Positions 34,792-43,037 of a stretch of DNA of 43,037 nt are shown here, piece after piece. Position numbers and translations under genes: made by a program. This DNA is from Bacteroidia bacterium. GTDB taxonomy: Bacteria > Bacteroidota > Bacteroidia > B-17B0 > Aurantibacillaceae. Location: the NCBI GenBank assembly GCA_035567575.1, contig DATMPR010000378.1, positions 1 to 43,037 on the forward strand, in the 5' to 3' direction. A model generated the notes under the pieces. That model had not been told where the DNA came from and ran no database searches. It saw only the letters and a list, made by a program, of their open reading frames with translations. Position 1 is the stretch's first letter; each line of letters starts with the position of its first letter.

Positions 34792-35938
34792 TAAGAATTA
34801 TAGAACGTGCACACGCTGCGTGATGGATACAACCGCCACTGAAATTGTGTTTGATGAGAAAGGCACATGTAATTTTTGTAGGGATTATGATGTGCTTGCT
34901 GTTAAAACAGTTTTACGCCCGCTTGAAGTACGGCTTAAAGAATTAGACGAAGCCGTTTCAAAAATAAAGGAATTTGGCAAAGGACAAAAATACGATTGTC
35001 TGATTGGTTTAAGCGGTGGAGTTGACAGCTCTTATATTTGTCTCTGGGCAAAAAAAGTCGGGCTAAGACCACTTATTGTTCACTTCGATAATGGATGGAA
35101 CAGTGAGCTGGCTGTAAAGAACATTGAAAATATTATTCAAAAACTTGGATTTGATTTATACACTCACGTCATAAGCTGGGAAGAATTTAAAGATCTGCAA
35201 TTAGCATATTTGAAAGCTTCAGTAATTGATATTGAGGTTCCAACTGATCAATTAATTTTTGCTTCGTTATTTGAAATCGCAAAAAAATATAAAATTAAAT
35301 CAGTTGTAAACGGACTTAATATTGTTACTGAAGCTATTTTACCAAGGAGTTGGGTTTACATGGATAAATTGGATATCGTTAATCTTACCAACATCCATAA
35401 AAAATTTGGTACGATTCCGCTTAAAAACTTTCCGAAACTTGGTTTGACTAAGCAATACGTTAACCGTATTCTTTATAAAATGAACTCTGTTGCTCCTCTG
35501 AATCTTATTGATTATAATAAGAATGAGGTTAAAGAAACTTTAATTAATGAATTAGGCTGGCGTGATTACGGCGGGAAACATTACGAATCGGTATTTACCC
35601 GTTTTTATCAGGGATATATTTTGCTTAAAAAATTTGGTGTGGATAAACGGAAAGCACATTTATCTACAATGATCGCTTCAGGGCAAATTACAAGGGAGGA
35701 AGCACTTCATGAATTAGCACAACCAACCTACGATGAAAAATTGCAAAAAGAGGATCTTGAGTATGTAATTAAAAAATTTGGGTTAACTCAAGAGGAATTT
35801 GATGAATTAATGAGCAGACCTCCGGTACCGCATGAATTTTATGGTACGCAATGGGATAAACATGAGTTCAGGAAACATTATATTTTTAAAAGGTTAGTTG
35901 GGCCGTTATTAAATGTTGTAGCGGCCATTAAAAAATAA
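34784..35938 (+). CDS. N-acetyl sugar amidotransferase (WbuX/WbpG/PseA family, PP-loop ATPase)
   Basis: 384-aa ORF with an N-terminal Cys4 knuckle, CTRCVMD...CNFCRDYD. The PP-loop GLSGGVDSS is present. The family is known to work with HisH/HisF-like partners. Confidence 0.85.
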   Translation: MDNKNYRTCTRCVMDTTATEIVFDEKGTCNFCRDYDVLAVKTVLRPLEVRLKELDEAVSKIKEFGKGQKYDCLIGLSGGVDSSYICLWAKKVGLRPLIVHFDNGWNSELAVKNIENIIQKLGFDLYTHVISWEEFKDLQLAYLKASVIDIEVPTDQLIFASLFEIAKKYKIKSVVNGLNIVTEAILPRSWVYMDKLDIVNLTNIHKKFGTIPLKNFPKLGLTKQYVNRILYKMNSVAPLNLIDYNKNEVKETLINELGWRDYGGKHYESVFTRFYQGYILLKKFGVDKRKAHLSTMIASGQITREEALHELAQPTYDEKLQKEDLEYVIKKFGLTQEEFDELMSRPPVPHEFYGTQWDKHEFRKHYIFKRLVGPLLNVVAAIKK

Positions 35939-35939
35939 G

Positions 35940-37115
35940 ATGGCCAACGTTGCTCTTTTTATTTTTGGTGTTGGCGAACTTACGGGCGGGGGAGGAGCAG
36001 AACGTTTTTTTGCGGATTTTTTCGAAATATATAATCGGTCAAAAACAAAACACAATTTATATTATATCATTGATAAAACATCGGTTGTAAACCTTAATAA
36101 GGTTGGAAAATTAAATGGGACTAAGAACATACTTAATTTTAAGATTTTTTCGAATCGTTTTAAAGATACACTTGAGTTATTTGGTTTATTGAAATTTATT
36201 GTCACCAAACGGATCAAATTAATTCATATTCCCCTTTATTCCATAAGTTATATTCCTTTAATTAAGAAACTGAATAATCTACCTTCTTTTTTGAAACCAA
36301 AAATTGTCATAAATATTGTAAACTGTTATGTGCCGTTTGCATTGGATGATGAAAATCATGTTTCTCATAAGGGGATAAAAGGTACTTATGAACCTTTATT
36401 TAAAGAAGTAAGTGTTGATGGATACTTTTGCTGGAATCAAAATTTTGTAGATTACATAAATACTTCTTCTATTTATCCGCCCGAAAAACAACCATTGCTA
36501 TATGCAATTAAGTCGCGTTTTTCAGATACTCAAAAATTTTATCCGGCGGAAAAGAAAAACACTATTGTGTTTGCATCAAGACTCGATTTTCAAAAACATC
36601 CTCAATGGTTTGTTGAAGCTATCCATATCTTAAATAAGCAAAACGCATCATTATTAAATAATTGGAAATTTTTATTGAGCGGTAACGGCCCTTTGCGTGA
36701 TTCACTGATTGACTTTGTAAATAAAAATAAATTAAATCATCTGATTGAATTTGTTATTGAAGGTGATCTTTCCAAATTAGTTAATAATTCAAAAGCATAT
36801 GTTTCCTGTCAGGATTATGATAATTTTCCTTCACTTGCGATGGCTGAAGCTATGGCAGCTGGAAATGCTATCATTGCAAGAAATGTTGGTCAAACTGATC
36901 TGTTTGTAAAACACATGAAAAATGGTTTGGTGCTCGAAAAAGATTCACCCGGGGGTTTAGCAAATGCAATTAAGTTTTATATTGAAAATGAATCGTTGCA
37001 TGCAAAGTTCGCAGCAGAAAGCGTAAGATTAATGAAGGAAGTACATACAGAAGATAATTTTATTACACAAATTGATTCCTATTGGGATAAAGTATTGGAT
37101 CAGCAAAAAAATTAA
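35940..37115 (+). CDS. Glycosyltransferase family 4 (GT-B)
   Basis: 391-aa ORF with an N-terminal GGGGAERF and a C-terminal E-x7-E region, PSLAMAEAMAAGNAIIARNVGQT. Confidence 0.75.
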   Translation: MANVALFIFGVGELTGGGGAERFFADFFEIYNRSKTKHNLYYIIDKTSVVNLNKVGKLNGTKNILNFKIFSNRFKDTLELFGLLKFIVTKRIKLIHIPLYSISYIPLIKKLNNLPSFLKPKIVINIVNCYVPFALDDENHVSHKGIKGTYEPLFKEVSVDGYFCWNQNFVDYINTSSIYPPEKQPLLYAIKSRFSDTQKFYPAEKKNTIVFASRLDFQKHPQWFVEAIHILNKQNASLLNNWKFLLSGNGPLRDSLIDFVNKNKLNHLIEFVIEGDLSKLVNNSKAYVSCQDYDNFPSLAMAEAMAAGNAIIARNVGQTDLFVKHMKNGLVLEKDSPGGLANAIKFYIENESLHAKFAAESVRLMKEVHTEDNFITQIDSYWDKVLDQQKN

Positions 37116-38335
37116 TGGAAAAACCAAATACTTTACATTTATTCACCATGTCGTATCCTAACGGAAACAGCGAATCTTTTGTGGAGAACGAAGTAAATTA
37201 CCTGGCTTTAAAATTCAAGAAAATTTATATTTATCCTTCTACCGGCGATTCTGTACAAAGAAATATTCCGTCTAACGTGACTGTTATGAATCTTGATTCA
37301 GATAAGATCAAGGTTTCAGCATTGAAAGTGATGCTGAAAAATATTGGTTTGGTCATCAACGTGCATTTTAAGGAACTTATTCATTCGTCCAAAAAAATTA
37401 CTTACATAAAACATTTGCGGGAATTTAACAGTCGTTTGCTAAAAGGAATTGTTATTGCTGATAAAATAAACACAATGTCAGTAAATAATGATATTTTCTA
37501 TTCGTTTTGGATGAATGAAAACGCTTTGGCTTTAGCGGTTTTAAAGTATAGGAAGAAAATAGATCATTTTGTTTTTCGTGCTAATGGTTTTGATCTGTAT
37601 GATGTTCAGGCAAAATATCAGTATATCCCTTTCAGGCCATTTATTTTTAAGCAAGCCGATAAAATGTTTGCTGTTGCAAAAAAGGGAAGTGATTACATGA
37701 AATCGTTTAATGTTTGCCCTGAAAAAATTACTTACAGTTATTTCGGTACCAACGATCTCGGCGTTTCAGTTTTCAATCCAAATGAAAAATTCACCATTTT
37801 TACTTGTTCTGATCTCCGGAAAATAAAAAGGGTGGATGCCATGGTTGACATTCTTAGTTTCATAAAATTTCCTGTAAAATGGATTCATCATGGGAATAAA
37901 GGTGACAATGAAAAAGTCTTCTATGAGAAATTGAAACAATTATCAAGCAATGTTGAATTTATTTTACATGAACGAAAAGAAAATTATGGTGATGTGCTTC
38001 AATTTTTCAAGCAAAATCATTTTAATCTTTTTGTATTATTGAGCAGCATTGAAGGTTTGCCTGTTTCGCTTATAGAAGCAATGAGTTTTGGAATTCCACT
38101 TTTGGCGACGGATGTTGGTGGAGTTTCAGAGGTAATTAATGAAAATAACGGGATTTTAATTGAATGCGACTTCAAACCAAATCAAGTGGCAGAAAAAATA
38201 ACACAATTTTTACAAAGCGAAAAAAACACTCCTACTTTCAGAAAAAAAGTCAGAACAGATTGGGAGAACCGTTTTTCTGCAACTAAAAATTACGAAAATT
38301 TTTATTTAAATTTAATAAACTATGAACTTAGCTAA
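37115..38335 (+). CDS. Glycosyltransferase family 4 (GT-B)
   Basis: 406-aa ORF with the C-terminal block SSIEGLPVSLIEAMSFGIPLLATDVGGVSEVI. Its start overlaps the upstream stop (TAATG). Confidence 0.75.
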   Translation: MEKPNTLHLFTMSYPNGNSESFVENEVNYLALKFKKIYIYPSTGDSVQRNIPSNVTVMNLDSDKIKVSALKVMLKNIGLVINVHFKELIHSSKKITYIKHLREFNSRLLKGIVIADKINTMSVNNDIFYSFWMNENALALAVLKYRKKIDHFVFRANGFDLYDVQAKYQYIPFRPFIFKQADKMFAVAKKGSDYMKSFNVCPEKITYSYFGTNDLGVSVFNPNEKFTIFTCSDLRKIKRVDAMVDILSFIKFPVKWIHHGNKGDNEKVFYEKLKQLSSNVEFILHERKENYGDVLQFFKQNHFNLFVLLSSIEGLPVSLIEAMSFGIPLLATDVGGVSEVINENNGILIECDFKPNQVAEKITQFLQSEKNTPTFRKKVRTDWENRFSATKNYENFYLNLINYELS

Positions 38336-39314
38336 TCAAAGAATTTTAGTTACCGGTGCCGATGGTTTTATTGGTTCGCATTTGGTAGAAACACTTTTGG
38401 GACAAGGCGCTAAAGTTAGAGCTTTAAGCTATTATAACTCGTTTAATTATTGGGGCTGGCTCGAAGATATTAAAGCTAATCCGAATCTTGAAATTATTTC
38501 TGGTGATATCCGCGACAATAATTACTGCTTAAAGATCACAGAAGATATTGATATCATTTTTCATTTAGCAGCTTTAATTGCAATACCGTATTCTTATGTT
38601 GCACCTGATAGTTATGTTGACACTAATATCAAAGGTACTTTAAATATTTGTCAGGCCGCCATACGTAATAAATGTAAAAAAGTAATTCATACTTCAACCA
38701 GTGAGGTGTATGGTACAGCCCAATACGTTCCGATCGATGAAAAACATCCATTACAGCCGCAATCACCTTATAGCGCAAGCAAGATCGGTGCCGATGCAAT
38801 GGCCATGAGTTTTTATAATGCATTTAATTTACCAATGATAATTGCCCGGCCATTTAATACTTATGGGCCGCGACAATCTGCAAGAGCAATTATTCCAACT
38901 ATTATTTCACAAATTGCAAGCGGAAAAAAGGAAATTGAAATAGGAGATGTAATTCCTACACGGGATTTTAATTATGTAAAGGATACTTGTTCTGGTTTTA
39001 TTCAATTAGCATTAAGCAATAAAGCAGTTGGTGAAACTGTGAACATCGGTTCTAATACAGAAATATCAATCGGAGATCTGTTCGAAAAAATAAAAAAACT
39101 GATGAACAGCGATGTGAAATTTATAGTTGATAAAAACCGTAAACGTCCGGAGAAATCGGAAGTATTCAGATTGGTTTGCAATAATTCTAAAATAAAAGAA
39201 CTTACCGGTTATAAAAATAATTATGATCTGGATAAAGGGTTAACCGAGACAATAAAATGGTTCCTGGATAAAGAAAATTTAAAAAAATATAAAACCAACA
39301 TTTACAATGTCTAA
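38322..39314 (+). CDS. NDP-sugar 4,6-dehydratase (extended SDR, LegB-like)
   Basis: 330-aa ORF with ILVTGADGFIGSH, YYNSFNYWGWLE, AALIAIPYSY, TSTSEVYG, YSASK and ARPFNTYGPRQS. As I recall the family, it closely resembles LegB-type NAD-dependent 4,6-dehydratases. Confidence 0.75.
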   Translation: MNLANQRILVTGADGFIGSHLVETLLGQGAKVRALSYYNSFNYWGWLEDIKANPNLEIISGDIRDNNYCLKITEDIDIIFHLAALIAIPYSYVAPDSYVDTNIKGTLNICQAAIRNKCKKVIHTSTSEVYGTAQYVPIDEKHPLQPQSPYSASKIGADAMAMSFYNAFNLPMIIARPFNTYGPRQSARAIIPTIISQIASGKKEIEIGDVIPTRDFNYVKDTCSGFIQLALSNKAVGETVNIGSNTEISIGDLFEKIKKLMNSDVKFIVDKNRKRPEKSEVFRLVCNNSKIKELTGYKNNYDLDKGLTETIKWFLDKENLKKYKTNIYNV

Positions 39315-40017
39315 ACGAGCAGTTATATTGGCAGGTGGAAAAGGCACGCGCTTAAGACCATATACAGTTGTATTACCGAAACCTTTAATGCCGGTTGGAG
39401 AATTTCCAATCCTTGAAGTTATCATAAGACAACTGGCCATAAATGGTTTTACACACGTTACCATGGCGGTTAACCATCAAGCTAACATTATAAAAGCATT
39501 TTTCGGGAATGGAGAAGCCTGGAATGTAAAAATAGATTATTCTTTGGAAGATAAACCCTTAAGTACAATGGGTCCGTTAAAATTAATAAAAGATCTTCCG
39601 GATAATTTTTTAGTAATGAATGGCGATATTCTTACCGATATTAATTTTACCGAATTTTATGATACGCATTGTAAAGCGCAAAATATTTTTACGATTTCTG
39701 CTGCTAAACGTGAGCAAATAAGCGAATATGGCGTGTTGGTTAAAAATGAAACCAATCAACTGGTGGATTTCATGGAAAAACCAAAGCAGAATTTTTTAGT
39801 GAGCATGGGAATATATATGGTAAGCAAAAAAGCTGTCGATATGATCCCTGCTGATACAATTTATGGTTTCGATCATTTGATGCTTGAATTAATAAAACAA
39901 AAAAAATACGCCGTTGTAAAAGAGCACAGTGGATATTGGCTTGATATAGGTCGCCCTGATGATTATGCACAGGCCATTGAAGAATTTGAACAGAAAAAAC
40001 ATTTGTTTCTTAAGTGA
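39307..40017 (+). CDS. Sugar-1-phosphate nucleotidylyltransferase
   Basis: 236-aa ORF with the N-terminal AVILAGGKGTRLRPYT signature. LVMNGDILTD and YWLDIGRPDDY are also present. Confidence 0.85.
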   Translation: MSKRAVILAGGKGTRLRPYTVVLPKPLMPVGEFPILEVIIRQLAINGFTHVTMAVNHQANIIKAFFGNGEAWNVKIDYSLEDKPLSTMGPLKLIKDLPDNFLVMNGDILTDINFTEFYDTHCKAQNIFTISAAKREQISEYGVLVKNETNQLVDFMEKPKQNFLVSMGIYMVSKKAVDMIPADTIYGFDHLMLELIKQKKYAVVKEHSGYWLDIGRPDDYAQAIEEFEQKKHLFLK

Positions 40018-40862
40018 GTAAAGTATTAATGACCGGTTCCAACGGATTTATTGGAAAAAATCTTGTCCAAAAACTGAGACAGTTAAATTATTCTGTAATA
40101 GAATTTAGCGGCGATATTTTGGAAGAGGAATCTTACCGCAAGTTACATAAGGAAGATATCACCCATTGTTTTCACTTGGCAGCAAAATCATTCGTGCCGG
40201 AAAGCTGGAACTCACCCGATGCTTTTATTGAAACGAATGTTTATGGTACTGAAAAGGTTTTGGAATTCTGCAGGCAAAAATCAATCCCTCTGACTTTTAT
40301 TAGCAGTTATCTGTATGGTAGTCCGAAATACTTACCAATTAACGAACAACATCCTTTACAAACTCCAAATCCTTATGCCCTTTCAAAACACATGGCAGAA
40401 GAGTTATGTAGATTTTATTCGGAATATTATAAAATGAAAATTTGCATCATTCGTCCTTTTAATATTTATGGTCCTGCACAAGATAAACGTTTTTTAATTC
40501 CTGAATTGATCGGTAAGTTTCAGGGTAGTGATAAAGAAGTTCGGGTAAAAGATCTGGAACCAAAACGCGATTACGTTTACATAAGTGATCTGGTTGAAGC
40601 CCTTGTTCTTACTCTTAAAGTAAGTGAAGAATTTCTGATCTTAAATATTGGAAGTGGATATTCACTTAGTGTCGCTGAGATAACTGAAAAAATCAAATCC
40701 ATTTCCGGAAGCACTAAAAATATTGTGTCAAGCAATGAAAAAAGAGTAAATGAAATTCCGGATACTGTAGCTGATATTAAATTAGCTTTTGAAAAGTTGG
40801 GATGGAAATCCAAAATAAGTTTTGAAGAAGGAATAAATGAAATACTTAAGTCGAAAAAATAA
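40014..40862 (+). CDS. Extended-SDR NAD-dependent epimerase/reductase
   Basis: 282-aa ORF with VLMTGSNGFIG, and with YALSK as the YxxxK motif. The GTG start (GTGA overlap with the upstream stop) is needed to keep beta-strand 1 ahead of the Gly motif. Confidence 0.75.
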   Translation: MSKVLMTGSNGFIGKNLVQKLRQLNYSVIEFSGDILEEESYRKLHKEDITHCFHLAAKSFVPESWNSPDAFIETNVYGTEKVLEFCRQKSIPLTFISSYLYGSPKYLPINEQHPLQTPNPYALSKHMAEELCRFYSEYYKMKICIIRPFNIYGPAQDKRFLIPELIGKFQGSDKEVRVKDLEPKRDYVYISDLVEALVLTLKVSEEFLILNIGSGYSLSVAEITEKIKSISGSTKNIVSSNEKRVNEIPDTVADIKLAFEKLGWKSKISFEEGINEILKSKK

Positions 40863-40865
40863 TAA

Positions 40866-41903
40866 GTGGAAGTCGTAAAAACCCGTTACGAAAATTTAGA
40901 TTATTTACGCGGACTTTGCGCTTTGTCGATCATGGCCTACCATTATATTGGCTGGACCATGAGAGGATTGGATATTAGTACAGCACTTGCGAAACTTGGT
41001 GTTTATGGTGTGTCTATGTTTTACGTATTAAGTGGTTTAACAATGTATTTAGTGTATTTTAAAAATTTTGCATTGGATAAAACATTTTTTAAGAACTTTT
41101 ATGTGAAACGTATTTTCAGAATTTATCCTCTCATGTGGTTTGTAATGATATTAGCAATAATAATGTACGGAACCAAAGCAACGCCAATGGATCTGGTTTT
41201 ACAATTTACAGGTTTGTTTGGAATTGTGGATTGGACATCGAATGTACCGGTTGGAATTTGGTCTATCGGAAATGAGTTGAGTTTTTATTTAATGCTTCCT
41301 TTGTTTTTTTATTGCATAAAAAAAAATAATATTCTTTTTGCTTTGATTTCTATAATTGTATTTGGCATGTATTGTTATTTTGCTTTTGTTTTATTCGATA
41401 AAACGCAGCCCGTTGCCAATCAGGATTACCTATACAAAAACCCATTAAATCAAGTTGGTTTATTTTTTGGTGGTATTTTAGTCGGACATTTTTTTAAAGA
41501 GAAACATTTTAAGAATGTTCCCGTTCTGATTTTATTAGGAACATTGCTTGTTGCGTTCGTTTTTTATCCTGTTGATGGAAATGCAATTAATATCATTGCT
41601 GGTGCCGAAAGAATCCTTTACACCCTAATTTGTTTTGGGGTCGCATTTTGTTTTTTAAAAGCTGATTTTAATTTTATTCCTGATCTCCTTAAAAAACCTT
41701 TAAAATGGTTTGGCGATATATCGTATTCTCTTTATCTCCTGCATCCGCATATTTGGGCGTTAGTAACGTATACATCTTTAAAGATCCGTTTTGTATTTCC
41801 TATTGCTAGTGTTGCTACATTAATAGTATGTTGGTTAGTGTATAAATATCTCGAAAGCCCGGCCCGGAACCTGGGTGTTAAATTAGTAAGTCATACAAAT
41901 TAA
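40866..41903 (+). CDS. Acyltransferase family 3 membrane O-acyltransferase (OafA/WecH-like)
   Basis: 345-aa polytopic ORF. The N-terminal NLDYLRGLCALSIMAYHY is the family signature. A GTG start is required, since the first in-frame ATG would delete that motif. Confidence 0.8.
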   Translation: MEVVKTRYENLDYLRGLCALSIMAYHYIGWTMRGLDISTALAKLGVYGVSMFYVLSGLTMYLVYFKNFALDKTFFKNFYVKRIFRIYPLMWFVMILAIIMYGTKATPMDLVLQFTGLFGIVDWTSNVPVGIWSIGNELSFYLMLPLFFYCIKKNNILFALISIIVFGMYCYFAFVLFDKTQPVANQDYLYKNPLNQVGLFFGGILVGHFFKEKHFKNVPVLILLGTLLVAFVFYPVDGNAINIIAGAERILYTLICFGVAFCFLKADFNFIPDLLKKPLKWFGDISYSLYLLHPHIWALVTYTSLKIRFVFPIASVATLIVCWLVYKYLESPARNLGVKLVSHTN

Positions 41904-41913
41904 AAAATAAGTT

Positions 41914-42927
41914 ATGGATTTAAATGGAAAACATGTTTTAATTACGGGAGGTACCGGTTCGTTAGGAAAACAATTGGTGAAAACAATTTTGGAGCGCTGG
42001 CCAAAAGTAAAACGCTTAATTATTTTTTCGCGTGATGAGCAAAAACAATTTCAAATGAATATGGAGTATCCAAGCATTGCCGGCGGAAACATGCGCTATT
42101 TCATTGGTGATGTCCGAGATTCAGAACGTTTGAAAAGAGCTTTTAAAGGTGTAACCCACGTTATACATGCCGCCGCAATGAAACACGTTCACATTGCAGA
42201 ATATAATCCAATGGAATGCGTTATGACCAATGTAATGGGTGCAGAGAACGTTATTAATGCAGCCATGGATGCGGGTGTCGAAAATGTAGTTTCTTTGTCT
42301 ACCGATAAAGCTGCAGCTCCAATTAATTTGTATGGCGCTACAAAATTATGTTCGGATAAATTATTTGTCGCGGCCAATAACATTAAAGGTTTCAGCAATA
42401 TTAAATTTTCTGTAGTTCGCTATGGAAATGTAATGGGCTCTAATGGTTCTGTAATTCCATTTTTCATGGAACGTAAAAAAACGGGTGTTTTACCAATAAC
42501 AGATCCAAATATGACACGCTTTAATATTTCGTTACAAGAAGGTGCAGATTTAGTTTTACACGCCATGGAACACGCTTGGGGCGGAGAAATATTTGTTCCG
42601 AAAATTCCATCTTATAAATTAACGGATGTAGCAAAAGCAATTGGTCCTGAATGTAAAGTTGAAATTGTAGGAATTCGTCCGGGAGAAAAAGTGCACGAAG
42701 AAATGATAACCGAATCCGATTCATTCAGCACTTATGATCTTGGAAAATATTACGCTATTTTACCACAGGTTCCTTCGTTTAACATGAGTGATTACATAAA
42801 AAACTTCAATGCTAAAAAAGTTAAAGAAGGATTTAAATTTAATTCCGGACAAAATGCTGATTGGGTTAACGCGGAGCAATTACGTGACTTAATTAAAAAA
42901 CACTTGGACCCTGATTTCACAGTATAA
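41914..42927 (+). CDS. pseB: UDP-N-acetylglucosamine 4,6-dehydratase (inverting), PseB/FlmA type
   Basis: 337-aa ORF with VLITGGTGSLGKQLV, IIFSRDEQKQ, YGATKLCSDK and RYGNVMGSNGSVIPFF, all typical of PseB/CapD-like short dehydratases. Confidence 0.8.
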   Translation: MDLNGKHVLITGGTGSLGKQLVKTILERWPKVKRLIIFSRDEQKQFQMNMEYPSIAGGNMRYFIGDVRDSERLKRAFKGVTHVIHAAAMKHVHIAEYNPMECVMTNVMGAENVINAAMDAGVENVVSLSTDKAAAPINLYGATKLCSDKLFVAANNIKGFSNIKFSVVRYGNVMGSNGSVIPFFMERKKTGVLPITDPNMTRFNISLQEGADLVLHAMEHAWGGEIFVPKIPSYKLTDVAKAIGPECKVEIVGIRPGEKVHEEMITESDSFSTYDLGKYYAILPQVPSFNMSDYIKNFNAKKVKEGFKFNSGQNADWVNAEQLRDLIKKHLDPDFTV

Positions 42928-42938
42928 AAAAACAAACC

Positions 42939-43037
42939 ATGCAAACAGAGCAAACAAAATTTTGGGAAAGCGAATTCGGTAAAGAATATACCGACCGTAA
43001 CACATTTACCGCTGCAGATTGGAATAAATGGTATTCT
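42939..43037 (+). CDS. 5' fragment of a methyltransferase resembling the pseudaminic-acid-biosynthesis-associated methylase (3'-truncated by the window edge)
   Basis: From the ATG at 42939 it encodes MQTEQTKFWESEFGKEYTDRNTFTAADWNKWYS. The FW..EFG.EYTDRN N-terminus matches my recollection of that family. Only 33 codons are visible. Confidence 0.45.
   Translation, partial: MQTEQTKFWESEFGKEYTDRNTFTAADWNKWYS

Noticed and set aside
1-43037. CRISPR arrays, tRNA or rRNA genes, transposases, integrases, prophage genes and known defence systems.
   Set aside because: None was recognisable. The only tandem repeats are the 7-mer at 15261 and the GY hexamers. Every ORF over 150 aa has a housekeeping, envelope or glycan-biosynthesis signature.

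Overview
This is a low-GC chromosome segment that looks like Bacteroidota. The evidence is an XrtF exosortase cassette, a UpxY-type antiterminator, TAnnTTTG -7 promoter boxes, a split KdpD and no Shine-Dalgarno use. The left ~5.9 kb holds housekeeping and envelope genes: a KdpD N-terminal/USP fragment with its histidine kinase, a POTRA-less Omp85-type barrel, and glyA. glyA appears to be co-transcribed with an XrtF cassette, which is headed by a tiny secreted Pro/Cys-rich protein carrying a PEP-CTERM-like tail. From 5921 to the right edge, 35 genes lie on the + strand with almost no intergenic space and form a very large surface-glycan locus. It begins with a Wzc-type BY-kinase and a HisH/HisF2 ammonia-generating pair. 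A wHTH regulator and a UpxY antiterminator follow, then a Wzm/Wzt ABC exporter whose Wzt has a C-terminal carbohydrate-binding domain. The rest is about 28 sugar-modifying genes: six SDRs, a DegT aminotransferase, three AsnB-type amidotransferases, a WbuX/PseA-type amidotransferase, a FemAB-like transferase, two CE4-like deacetylases, a formyltransferase, an LbH acetyltransferase, a membrane O-acyltransferase, a sulfotransferase with its own APS kinase, an uncharacterised two-Rossmann flavoprotein, about six GT-B glycosyltransferases, and the start of a pseudaminic-acid set. I saw no rRNA, tRNA, CRISPR array, transposase, integrase or recognisable defence system. The most interesting candidates are the XrtF-linked mini-protein (a possible cognate sorting substrate), the self-contained sulfation module next to an unknown flavoprotein, and the tandemly duplicated GT4-like + AsnB-like two-gene module. 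All functional calls rest on motif recognition by eye, and no database search was possible.
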